Assembly (NCBI GenBank): GCA_039621445.1
Contig: CP154954.1
Span: 35,573,703-35,637,702 of the forward strand
Reading direction: 5' to 3'
Length of the DNA stretch: 64,000 bases
Source: Euglena gracilis
Lineage: Eukaryota
Shown here: positions 1 through 11,000 of the stretch, one piece after another
Layout of the letters: every line of letters starts with the position of its first letter
How positions within the stretch are numbered: position 1 is the stretch's first letter
Notes under the pieces: generated by a model
Database searches by the model: none
Told to the model about the DNA's origin: nothing
What the model saw: only the letters and a program-made list of their open reading frames with translations
Position numbers and translations under genes: made by a program

Positions 1-1265
1 TGGCGTGGGGTTGTGGATTTCCGGGCATTAAACGAGGCCACAGTGACGGATGCTTACCCCCTCCCCAGGATTGAAGACATCCTGGTGAACCAGGGACGGA
101 GGTACCTGTTCTCCGTCCTTGATCTCAAGGATGCCTTCCATCAGGTGCCCCTGCACGAAGACTCACGCCCATACACCTGCTGCAGCACCCCCCGAGGGTC
201 CAAGCAGTGGTGTGTGGTCGTGATGGGCCTGAAAAATGGAGTGGCCATTTTTCAGCGGGTGATCGACTACTCGCTGAGGGAAGTGGCTGATGTCGCCAAC
301 CCATACGTTGACGACATCATCGTGGGGACAGAGTGGTGTGGCACGGAGGAAGCTACCATGGAGGCACACGACCAGGACATCAGGCGAGTGTTAGGGGCAC
401 TGCGGGAACACCGCCTGGTCGTGGACAAAAACAAGTGCCGCTTCTTCGTAAGAGAAGTGGAGTTCTGTGGCCACATCCTGGGGGGAGGAAAACGGAGGCC
501 AGCCCCGGGCAAACTCATGGCGCTGGAGAAGTGGGAGGAGCCCCGCACGATCACAGCCCTCAGGGGCTTTCTGGGCTTCACCAACTACTACTCCAGCTAC
601 GTGAAGGAGTATGCCCGGTATGCAGCCCCCCTGATGGAACTCCTCAAGGTGGGACGTGTGGAAGGGAAAAAAGGCAGCAAAAAACCTGTGAAATTCGGCC
701 AAGTGGAACGGGAGGCCTTCACCGCCCTGAAGCAGGAGCTCCTCCGGGGATTGGAGCTCCACACCATCAACCCGGACCAGCCATTCATTCTCCGGGTTGA
801 TGCGAGCGACAAGGCGGTGGGGGCAGCCCTTGAACAGTTTTTGGAGCCAACGGAGGGGATGCCCACAGCCGTGGAGGCCACCACACGGAAAACCGTGCCT
901 GTGGCCTTCTGCTCCAGGAAGCTCACGGCTGGGCAGGTGAAGAGCTGGTCTCCGCGAGAGAAGGAGAACGCCATCATCCTGGCCCTCCAAAAATGGGCCT
1001 CCTACATCGGCCTGCAGCCGGTGTTGGTCCTCACGGACCACAAGTCCCTGGAGGCCTGGGCCAAGGAAACCCTGGACACGCCCAGCGGACCTGCGGGAAG
1101 GCGGGGACGCTGGCATGAAATGTTCTCCCGGTTTGACCTTCACGTGGTCTACATCCGGTGAAAGGAAAACGTGGTGGCGGATGCCCTCAGCAGATGGGCA
1201 TATCCTGCCTCCAAGGCATTTGCCGACATCAGCCTCCACGGGAGCGAGGAGGATGATGAGGCATG
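1..1265 (+). pseudogene. pol: pol fragment: reverse transcriptase + RNase H (copy 1)
   Basis: DFRALN, YPLPRIED, LDLKDAFHQV, YVDD (304), FLGFTNYY, VDASDKAVGAAL, TDHKSL. A frameshift/stop at ~1155-1161 precedes ENVVADALSR. Confidence 0.95.
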
Positions 1266-1759
1266 ATGAAGAAGAAAGAAGGGGGGGGGAGGGAGCGAGA
1301 ATGCGGGACACCGCACGGGGGGGAGGAACTCACGTGGCGGTGGAAAACACGCAGAGAGGAGACACAGCAGCACAGCACAAACCTGGCCCCAGCCCCACAG
1401 AGGGGGAGGGGGCTGAGGATTCAGTGCCAGGGGGCCCTGGCCCTGACCCCACAGGGGGGGAGGGGCCTGTGGACGCCCCCTCGGGAGATTCGGGTCCCAT
1501 CCTCATGGGAGGGGAGGGACCTGGGGTACCTGGGTTGGACACGCGGGAGACACGAGGTTCCCCACGTGCCCATCTTTTCGTGGATGAATTCGGGAATGAA
1601 CAGCCGGCAGGAGGGGGGGGGCGTGAGGAAGACAAAGCGGGGCGAAGAGTTGTGAGGGAGGACCTGCAGGCGAACCCCCCCATCAACGATCCCAACGGGG
1701 GGGATCTCGGGGAACCGTGGGGGAACCAATTTCACTTTCTCCAGACACGGGGGTGCACA

Positions 1760-3209
1760 CCCAGGAGGAGGTGGAGGAGGATCCCTCCATCCCAGTGATG
1801 GACAGGGATTGGTCACGGGCATATGAAAATTGCCCTGTGTGGGGGCCTGTTTATGCAAGTGTGCAGGCCCCTGCAGGAGAGTGGCCTGAGGGAGTCCGTC
1901 TGTACGAGGACAAAATGTACACGGACGGGCTCCTCTGTGTGCCCACCAGCCTGATGGGGCTCGTGGTCCGGGCCCACCACGGGGACGCGGGCCACCCAGG
2001 AGCCTCCAGGCTCTGGCACCAGATGGGGCGGTGGTACAAGGGGGGCAGAGAAAATCACCCAAGGCATCCAGCGGCAATGTGAAATCTGCCAAGCCTGTGA
2101 CCCCTCTCGAGCACCTTTCAAGTGTGCTCTCGAAGCCACCCCTGTGCCACCGTTCCTCATGGACAGTGTGGCAGTGGACCTGTTCGCCATGCCTGAGGTG
2201 ACCCACGAGGGCCAGGTGTATGATTACCTGGCCCTGTGCGTGGACCGTGAGAGTGGGTGGACAGTGGCCACCCCCCACAAGTACAAGGGCCTGACAGCTG
2301 AGGTGGTGGCCAAGGCCATGTTCCGCCACTGGGACATGTTCGGGGTGCCCTCTGTGGTGACCTCGGACCGTGGCCCCCACTTTGCTTCGGCTTGGTGGCA
2401 AACAATGTGCGCCGCCATGGGGGTGAGGCGTGCCTACGGGCAGGCCTACCACCACCAGGCCAACGGTCGGGCAGAGGTGGCAGGCCAACGGGTGATGAAC
2501 ACCCTGTCCAAGCTCATCGCTGACCTGTCGGAGAAGGAGGCCTCATGGGTGGTGCTGTTACACAAGGCCCTCCGGCACCTGCACGATGTGCCAGGGGAGT
2601 CCGGCTTGTCGCCCTACGAGGTGGTCTTCGGGCGGCACCGGCCACTCCAAGGCCTGCCCCACCAGCCCCCACGAGAGGCCGAGGGGGCAGCCAACTTCAT
2701 GGCACGGATGCGGGCTATGGACGAGAAGGTGGACGCCGCCACGCCAGGGTATATGGACCCTGGGGCTGAGGGCTGGCCCCTAGGTGAACCCACCGGAGCC
2801 AGACACAGCCGGGCACGGACAAGTGGCGACCTCCCACTTTTCTATTCCAATGACAAGGACGTCCCCCCTGGAGCTGGGACCGGATGAGTGGGTGGGACGA
2901 GTTCTCCACCGACCCCCTCCCACTGTGGGCAGCCGGAATGACAAGGCGTCCCCCCTGGAGCTGGGACCGGATGAGTGGGTGGTGGACGAGATTGTGGGCA
3001 GCCGGAACCACCCGGAAACGGGAGTCCCGGAATTTCAGGTGAGGTGGAAAAATTGGGATCCGACGGATCTCCAATGGCTGCCATGGTCAGATTTCTTCCC
3101 TTCGTACAAAGAGGATGTGGTTGATTATTGTGCAGCCAAGGGGATTCCGTTGGAGGTGGTGGGACTTCTCCGCCCCGGGAAGAGGGGGGGGCGGGGACGG
3201 GGTCAATAA
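1760..3209 (+). pseudogene. pol: pol fragment: integrase (HHCC, DD35E) + C-terminal chromodomain (copy 1), frameshifted
   Basis: AHHGDAGHPG...CEICQAC zinc-binding motif; VAVDLF...TSDRGPHF...NGRAE catalytic core; chromodomain-like EWVVDEIVGSRNHPETGVPEFQVRWKNWDPTDLQWLPWSDF at ~2970-3098. Confidence 0.9.
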
Positions 3210-3303
3210 GGGTGGGGGGTAGGAGGTGGAGGCGAGGTGACGGCGGGTGCGGGGATTGTGGTGGTGACGGAGCACACGCACATCCTTCGATCTTGTGCGT
3301 AGG

Positions 3304-3828
3304 ATGCAGCGCTACGTGCCCCGTCGCCCCTACGTCCCTGGACCTCTGCCCGTCGTCCCTCCGCCGCCATCGGCCGCCGAGGCGGAGGCCGCCCTCCTCA
3401 CCCTCTTGCCCGCCCCCAAGCGCCCCCGCCTGGACACCCCCGCGGAACCTCCCCAGCCAGCCGACTCCCCCGGACCACCGTCCCCCACACGCCCGGAGGA
3501 CCTCCGCTCCCTGCTGGCCTACCTCGAGGGGCTGGCGGCGGAGGTGGAGCACCTCCGGAGCGTGGTGGGGCGGTTGGTGGGCGAGGGAGCACCGCAGCGG
3601 GTGGATGCGGGGGTGCAGGCGGAGGCGCCTGGCGAAGGGGACGACCAGGGGAGCGAGGAGGAGGCAAGCAAGTCGGGGTCGTTGGACCTCCTCGCCGCGG
3701 CTGCCACGGCCGGGGACCCCGAGGCCGAGGACGCCGAAGGGGACCAGGTCGGGGAGCCCGGCGGGGTGCTCCAACTGCTCCTCGCGGAGTTCGAGCCCTT
3801 GTGGCCCGGCTGCGATGAGGACCCCTAA
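3304..3828 (+). CDS. Extra ORF downstream of pol (ORF3), Pro-rich / coiled-coil-like / acidic, unknown function (copy 1)
   Basis: ATG at 3304, 174 codons. Open in both element copies although pol is disrupted in both. PKRPR basic motif and amphipathic LRSLLAYLEGLAAEVEHLRSVV. Confidence 0.55.
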   Translation: MQRYVPRRPYVPGPLPVVPPPPSAAEAEAALLTLLPAPKRPRLDTPAEPPQPADSPGPPSPTRPEDLRSLLAYLEGLAAEVEHLRSVVGRLVGEGAPQRVDAGVQAEAPGEGDDQGSEEEASKSGSLDLLAAAATAGDPEAEDAEGDQVGEPGGVLQLLLAEFEPLWPGCDEDP

Positions 3829-4494
3829 GACCCCCCCCGTCGACGCAGACGTAGCCTGGGCCGGCTTACCTGTGGAGGCTAGCCCACCGGGGGGGGGGAA
3901 ATGGGGTTGGTGCGGAAAACCTTGGAGGGACCGAGCTTATTTCCTTTGTTTCTTGTTGTTGTTGTGTTTCGCAGGTTCAATCTCAATTTCAATTTCAGCG
4001 AAGTCAACCCCACAGTGCCCCTTGGCTACGGGCGAGGGGGCCAGGAGGGGCGACGGGACGCCCGGGTGGGGCGAGGATGCCACAGGAGCACACCGGGGGG
4101 GGTCCCAATGGTTAAGGGGGCCCACAGCCCTCCCAAGGCTGGCCTCGCCCACCACCCGCGGCCCACATAGCGCCCTGAGGGGCAAGCGGCCCACGAGAGG
4201 AGGCGCCCCACGCACCGCACGTGCACCACACCGCACGGTGCGGCGCCCGAGGGGCCCACAGGGGGTCCACAGGCGCCTGCGGGCCCGAGGGCCCACAGGG
4301 CCACGGAGGCCCAACGGGTGCCTCGAGCCGCCGGGTGTGCATTATTGTTTTTCCCTTTTTTTGAGCCCTTCAAGTGTTCGGTCGATCTCCATTTCATTTT
4401 CGTGTTGCGTTGTCATTAGGCGGTGGGGGTGCCCCGTGGCCAAGTTTGCTCCGGGAGGGGGCACCTGCCCATTTTGTACAATTTTTGATGGTTG

Positions 4495-4705
4495 GCCACA
4501 CCCCTCTTCGGCCCACCGTGCCGAGGGAGGGGGGGGCGCCTGCAAATTCTTCCCGATTTTGACGGTTGACTACCCCCCACATCGGCCCACCGCACCGAAG
4601 GAGGGGGGGGGGGCGCCTGCCAGTTTTTGACCGACCTTTTTTGCGGTTGTCCACACCCCTCCTCGGCCCACCATGCCGGGGGAGGGGGGGGGCGCCTGTC
4701 GCTTT
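4495..4705 (+). repeat. Three degenerate ~70-80-bp tandem units (CCACACCCCTC..CGGCCCACC..CCG..G-run-CGCCTG) in the element 3' region; also at ~34123-34330
   Basis: The motif tcggcccacc...ggggggcgcctg occurs at ~4508, ~4582 and ~4663. Confidence 0.75.
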
Positions 4706-4798
4706 TCCACCAATTTAAGAAAAATACACCCCGTCGGCCAATTTTTGAAGCTAACCACGCCGGGGGGGGGGGGCAAGCGCCAACCCCCCTCCACAGCG

Positions 4799-6489
4799 TG
4801 TGAGTGGCCTTGCTGCACAGCAACTTTTGGCATGCCAGCCTGTTGCATTACAACATTTGGCATTACAGATTGGTGAATTAAGGATTTCCAGCAGAGAAGT
4901 TCCTAATTCATTTTTCTGGTAGGGCAAATCCCATGACTTGTTTGCGTGGCGCTGTGGACTGGACTTGAAGGAGTGTTCTGCTGTATTTGTGCATTTGGCT
5001 TATGCTGCGCGCCAAGGGGAAGAAGAATTGGGAAATTCCCCCTGGGATTGGGTGTCCCAAGTGCCTGGCAAATTCAAAGGGGAGATTATGCAAAGTCTGC
5101 TGGGTGTGCAAGTTCTGTGTTCTGAAGGTTGAAGAATGCCAGTGTTGCGGAAGCTGCCATCTGCATGCCAGCAATTGCCATTGTGGGCATGGTGCCCGGA
5201 TCTTTCACAAACAAGTCAGTCCAGCCTGTACAAACAAGTTCTCTGCCCAAGATGCTCAGAAAGTGCATGATCTGGGCAGTCATGCTGAAGATTGCAATGC
5301 CAGATTTGGTCATGGGAAGGTTTCGGACAGAAGTGTTGAAGACAATTTTGGACATGGAGATTCCAAATTCAGACATGCAATCGAGATGTGCGACAAGGGG
5401 GTGCAGACAGAAGGAAAAGCCAGAACAAGGGGAAGAAGAGAGAGGAGGAAGAAAGTGAAGGGGAAGTAATGGCAAGCTGGACAGGTCAGATTCGAGGTAT
5501 TTGGCTGATGTTTGTGGCATGCCGCGTGCTGTGTCTGTGGCCAATTCTGGGGCAGTAAACCCAATAAATTACACATGTCTGTGGGAGATGGCCGCTGATG
5601 GCATGTGGCCATGCCGCGGTGGGTGTTTGCTGGGTGGAAATCTCATTAAATGGCTCGACGGTGGGTTGTGGTGAGCCGCGGTTGACCAAATTAACTAGAA
5701 TTTAAATGCCCCAGTTTGCCCATTTCACCCCCTGCTTGGGACCCCACCCACCTCTGGGCCATTTTGGGTGGAAGGGTAGGTTTCCAGCCATGATGGTCCA
5801 AGGGGCATCTTTGGGATGTCTTCCCCTGAAAAAGAAGAGGTCATCAGGGGAGGAGGTTCCAAGGAGGTGTGGGTGCCCTTCCTCTGCAGCCTGCCTGTGT
5901 GTTTGCTGTAGGAGTGTCCACCTGGGGGAGATTTGCCCCAAGACAGGTGCAACACTTCGAACCGTATTTAAAATTCCTATTTTTCATTTTACGGGTTTGA
6001 CTGCAACCAAGGCCACTTTTTAATTTTTTGACTCGCTTTGTTGGGAGTTGGACCCAGCAAAGCTCGCCCGGAGAGGGGAGTGTGAGTGGCCTTGCTGCAC
6101 AGCAACTTTTGGCATGCCAGCCTGTGGCATTACAACATTTGGCATTACAGATTGGTGAATTAAGGATTTCCAGCAGAGAAGTTCATAATTCATTTTTCTG
6201 GTAGGGCAAATCCCATGACTTGTTTGTGTGGCGCTGTGGACTGGACTTGAAGGAGTGTTCTGCTGTATTTGTGCATTTGGCTTATGCTGCGCGCCAAGGG
6301 GAAGAAGAATTGGGAAATTCCCCCTGGGATTGGGTGTCCCAAGTGCCTGGCAAATTCAAAGGGGAGATTATGCAAAGTCTGCTGGGTGTGCAAGTTCTGT
6401 GTTCTGAAGGTTGAAGAATGCCAGTGTTGCGGAAGCTGCCATCTGCATGCCAGCAATTGCCATTGTGGGCATGCTGCCCGGATCTTTCA
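4799..6489 (+). mobile_element. Nested TRIM-like unit: two 409-bp TG...CA direct repeats (4799-5207, 6081-6489) around an 873-bp interior (copy 1)
   Basis: Repeats are near-identical, begin TGTGAGTGGCC and end GATCTTTCA. A purine tract GGAGAGGGGAG directly precedes the second repeat. No PBS or TSD seen. Confidence 0.6.
4987..5469 (+). CDS. Possible Cys-rich ORF in the nested unit (identical ORF at 34615-35097)
   Basis: CPKC...CKVCWVCKFC...CQCCGSC...CHC cluster and a basic C-terminus. The annotated start is GTG and coding status is unproven. Confidence 0.25.
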   Translation: MCIWLMLRAKGKKNWEIPPGIGCPKCLANSKGRLCKVCWVCKFCVLKVEECQCCGSCHLHASNCHCGHGARIFHKQVSPACTNKFSAQDAQKVHDLGSHAEDCNARFGHGKVSDRSVEDNFGHGDSKFRHAIEMCDKGVQTEGKARTRGRRERRKKVKGK

Positions 6490-6938
6490 CCCGGGGAGGG
6501 GGGGGGGGGGGGGGGCAGCGCCCCCGGCTCTCAAGAGGACGGGCCCCAGCCAAGGCGGCCCGGCTCACAACGCGGGGGAGGGGCAGCCCGGACCCCCTCC
6601 ACGGGGGGGTGGGCCGGCCCCCTCCTCCAAGGAACGGGCCCCACCCAAGGCGCCTCCCCGGCGCCCCCTCCAGCACGCACCCCTGCCAAGCCCCTGGGGG
6701 CCTTTGGCCCCGGGATACCGGGCAAGGCGGGGGGCCCCTGCTGGGTTGGTCAAATGTTCCCTTCCGAACATGCAGGAGTTTTCCACCTTTCGGGGGGGGG
6801 GGAGTCCGCCCCTACCCATGGGCCAAGAAGGCTCACGGGACCGGAAAATTTTCAGAGGCGGGAAAGCAAAAGGGAGGGGGGGGGCTGCACCTCGGACCTG
6901 CAAAGGAGTCGAATTTAAATTGCACGGCAATTTTTTTT

Positions 6939-6948
6939 AGGAGGGGAG
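6939..6948 (+). promoter_or_regulatory. Polypurine tract (copy 1)
   Basis: T-run followed by AGGAGGGGAG immediately before the TG of the LTR. Confidence 0.85.
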
Positions 6949-8020
6949 TGTGCGCGGTCCGAGGGTGCCCGCCCCAAGGAGAGGTCCCAAGGGGGCCCAA
7001 AGGGGCCACGAAGGGCCGCAAGGGGGCTCCAAGGCCCCCAAGGGCCTTTTGAGGTCCCACTGGACCCCAAAGGGGCCCCACAGCCCATTTTGAGCAATCC
7101 AAGGGAAGGTAAAGGAGGGGGCAGTTTGAGGGGGCCAACAGGCAACCCCCAAGGGGATGCGCAAGCCCTGCAGGGCTTTGCGCAAGCATGCGCACCCCCT
7201 TGGTGGGCGCTTAGGATGGCACAATTCATTAAGAATTGCGCAAAGTATACCAAGTAGCCCCCCAGCTGTAGCCCCCCTCCAATTTTTGCACAGGGCCCTG
7301 TTTCACTGTTCACATACATTGGGCATTGGTTTTTCAAACCATTTCAAGGAAGTGTTCAATCAATTTTCCCATCAAGCATTTTTGCACCACGCACCCCCCC
7401 ACTTTTTCCCCAAGCGCCCCGTTCAACGTTTTTCTCCCCCCGCCACCATCACCCCACAACCAGCAACCCCATTGGTAGCAGCAATTTTTTTGGGCTCTGT
7501 GTTAAATGTCCCCGATGGTTGCCAAATCTTCCAAGGGGGCATTCCATTCATGAAACCAACGGGCTGGAGGCCTCCTGGGTGGGGGTGCCATGGTAACCTG
7601 GCAAATGTCCCCCCGGCCCTGGCAACCCATTAAACCCCCGACAACCCCATGCAACCACCCCCCCCACCTCAACCGCAGAAACTCGGAGTAAGGCCCAATT
7701 TGGTCCATTTTACAGGGTAACCTGGGCTGACCTCTGTAAATGTGGCACAAATGTTCATTTTTGCAACCAATGTGTTTTTCTTAAACAACAATCAAACAAT
7801 CATGAAACAAGTCCAAGCATTGACCATTTTCAAAATTCAAACTCGAGTGGGCCCAATGTATTTTTAATTCTGCAGCTGCACCGACACTAACACCAACCCC
7901 TAACCTCATTTCTTCACCAACAACCTTCCCGACGGGCTGCATTTTTTACCATTAAACGTTCGAAACCAGGGGTCTGACTTGGGAGGCCTCCTGGAACACC
8001 CATTCGGTAGCAGGCCCATA
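6949..8020 (+). repeat. 3' LTR of copy 1; clean to ~7300, then an LTR/satellite mosaic
   Basis: 6949-7300 matches 36628-36990. Further LTR fragments at ~7785-7975 are interleaved with satellite fragments. Confidence 0.75.
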
Positions 8021-11000
8021 AGGCCCAATTTGGTCCATTTTTACATGGTAACCTGGGCTGACCTGGTAAATGTCCCCCGGAATGGTCGAATGCACCCATC
8101 TAAATGTGCTCATTTCTTGCAACCAACATTCCCGCTGCATGTTTTTCTTACCATTAAACCACGACAATCATGAAACCAACGGGTCCCCTGACTTTGGAGG
8201 CCTCCTGGAACACCCATTCGGTAACTCGGAGTAAGGCCCAATTTGGTCCATTTTTACATGGTAACCTGGGCTGACCTGGTAAATGTCCCCCGGAATGGTC
8301 GAATGCACCCATCTAAATCTGCTCATTTCTTGCAACCAACCTTCCGCCTGCATGTTTTTCTTACCATTAAACCACGACAATCATGAAACCAACGGGTCCC
8401 CTGACTTTGGAGGCCTCCTGGAACACCCATTCGGTTACTCGGAGTAAGGCCCAATTTGGTCCATTTTTACATGGTAACCTGGGCTGACCTGGTAAATGTC
8501 CCCCGGAATGGTCGAATGCACCCATCTAAATGTGCTCATTTCTTGCAACCAACCTTCCGGCTGCATGTTTTTCTTACCATTAAACCACGACAATCATGAA
8601 ACCAACGGGTCCCCTGACTTTGGAGGCCTCCTGGAACACCCATTCGGTTACTCGGAGTAAGGCCCAATTTGGTCCATTTTTACATGGTAACCTGGGCTGA
8701 CCTGGTAAATGTCCCCGGAATGGTCGAATGCACCCATCTAAATGTGCTCATTTCTTGCAACCAACATTCCCGCTGCATGTTTTTCTTACCATTAAACCAC
8801 GACAATCATGAAACCAACGGGTCCCCTGACTTTGGAGGCCTCCTGGAACACCCATTCGGTAGGTTCGGAGTAAGGCCCAATTTGGTCCATTTTTACATGG
8901 TAACCTGGGCTGACCTGGTAAATGTCCCCCGGAATGGTCGAATGCACCCATCTAAATCTGCTCATTTCTTGCAACCAACATTCCCGCTGCATGTTTTTCT
9001 TACCATTAAACCACGACAATCATGAAACCAACGGGTCCCCTGACTTTGGAGGCCTCCTGGAACACCCATTCGGTATCTCGGAGTAAGGCCCAATTTGGTC
9101 CATTTTTACATGGTAACCTGGGCTGACCTGGTAAATGTCCCCCGGAATGGTCGAATGCACCCATCTAAATGTGCTCATTTCTTGCAACCAACCTTCCCGC
9201 TGCATGTTTTTCTTACCATTAAACCACGACAATCATGAAACCAACGGGTCCCCTGACTTTGGAGGCCTCCTGGAACACCCATTCGGTTACTCGGAGTAAG
9301 GCCCAATTTGGTCCATTTTTACATGGTAACCTGGGCTGACCTGGTAAATGTCCCCCGGAATGGTCGAATGCACCCATCTAAATGTGCTCATTTCTTGCAA
9401 CCAACATTCCCGCTGCATGTTTTCTTACCATTAAACCACGACAATCATGAAACCAACGGGTCCCCTGACTTTGGAGGCCTCCTGGAACACCCATTCGGTA
9501 ACTCGGAGTAAGGCCCAATTTGGTCCATTTTTACATGGTAACCTGGGCTGACCTGGTAAATGTCCCCCGGAATGGTCGAATGCACCCATCTAAATCTGCT
9601 CATTTCTTGCAACCAACATTCCGGCTGCATGTTTTTCTTACCATTAAACCACGACAATCATGAAACCAACGGGTCCCCTGACTTTGGAGGCCTCCTGGAA
9701 CACCCATTCGGTAACTCGGAGTAAGGCCCAATTTGGTCCATTTTTACATGGTAACCTGGGCTGACCTGGTAAATGTCCCCCGGAATGGTCGAATGCACCC
9801 ATCTAAATCTGCTCATTTCTTGCAACCAACATTCCTGCTGCATGTTTTTCTTACCATTAAACCACGACAATCATGAAACCAACGGGTCCCCTGACTTTGG
9901 AGGCCTCCTGGAACACCCATTCGGTTACTCGGAGTAAGGCCCAATTTGGTCCATTTTTACATGGTAACCTGGGCTGACCTGGTAAATGTCCCCCGGAATG
10001 GTCGAATGCACCCATCTAAATCTGCTCATTTCTTGCAACCAACATTCCCGCTGCATGTTTTTCTTACCATTAAACCACGACAATCATGAAACCAACGGGT
10101 CCCCTGACTTTGGAGGCCTCCTGGAACACCCATTCGGTTACTCGGAGTAAGGCCCAATTTGGTCCATTTTTACATGGTAACCTGGGCTGACCTGGTAAAT
10201 GTCCCCCGGAATGGTCGAATGCACCCATCTAAATCTGCTCATTTCTTGCAACCAACATTCCGGCTGCATGCTTTTCTTACCATTAAACCACGACAATCAT
10301 GAAACCAACGGGTCCCCTGACTTTGGAGGCCTCCTGGAACACCCATTCGGTAACTCGGAGTAAGGCCCAATTTGGTCCATTTTTACATGGTAACCTGGGC
10401 TGACCTGGTAAATGTCCCCCGGAATGGTCGAATGCACCCATCTAAATCTGCTCATTTCTTGCAACCAACCTTCCGTCTGCATGTTTTTCTTACCATTAAA
10501 CCACGACAATCATGAAACCAACGGGTCCCCTGACTTTGGAGGCCTCCTGGAACACCCATTCGGTTACTCGGAGTAAGGCCCAATTTGGTCCATTTTTACA
10601 TGGTAACCTGGGCTGACCTGGTAAATGTCCCCCGGAATGGTCGAATGCACCCATCTAAATGTGCTCATTTCTTGCAACCAACCTTCCGTCTGCATTTTTT
10701 TCTTACCATTAAACCACGACAATCATGAAACCAACGGGTCCCCTGACTTTGGAGGCCTCCTGGAACACCCATTCGGTTACTCGGAGTAAGGCCCAATTTG
10801 GTCCATTTTTACATGGTAACCTGGGCTGACCTGGTAAATGTCCCCCGGAATGGTCATCTAAATGTGCTCATTTCTTGCAACCAACCTTCCGGCTGCATGT
10901 TTTTCTTACCATTAAACCACGACAATCATGAAACCAACGGGTCCCCTGACTTTGGAGGCCTCCTGGAACACCCATTCGGTTACTCGGAGTAAGGCCCAAT

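Larger units (their letters stand above)
1..8020 (+). mobile_element. Ty3/Gypsy chromodomain LTR retrotransposon, copy 1 (5' part outside window; decayed)
   Basis: RT-RNaseH-IN-chromodomain order. Nearly collinear with 29487-37316 (offset ~29.5-29.7 kb). PPT at 6939-6948, then the 3' LTR from 6949. Right end approximate because the LTR is mosaic with satellite. Confidence 0.93.
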
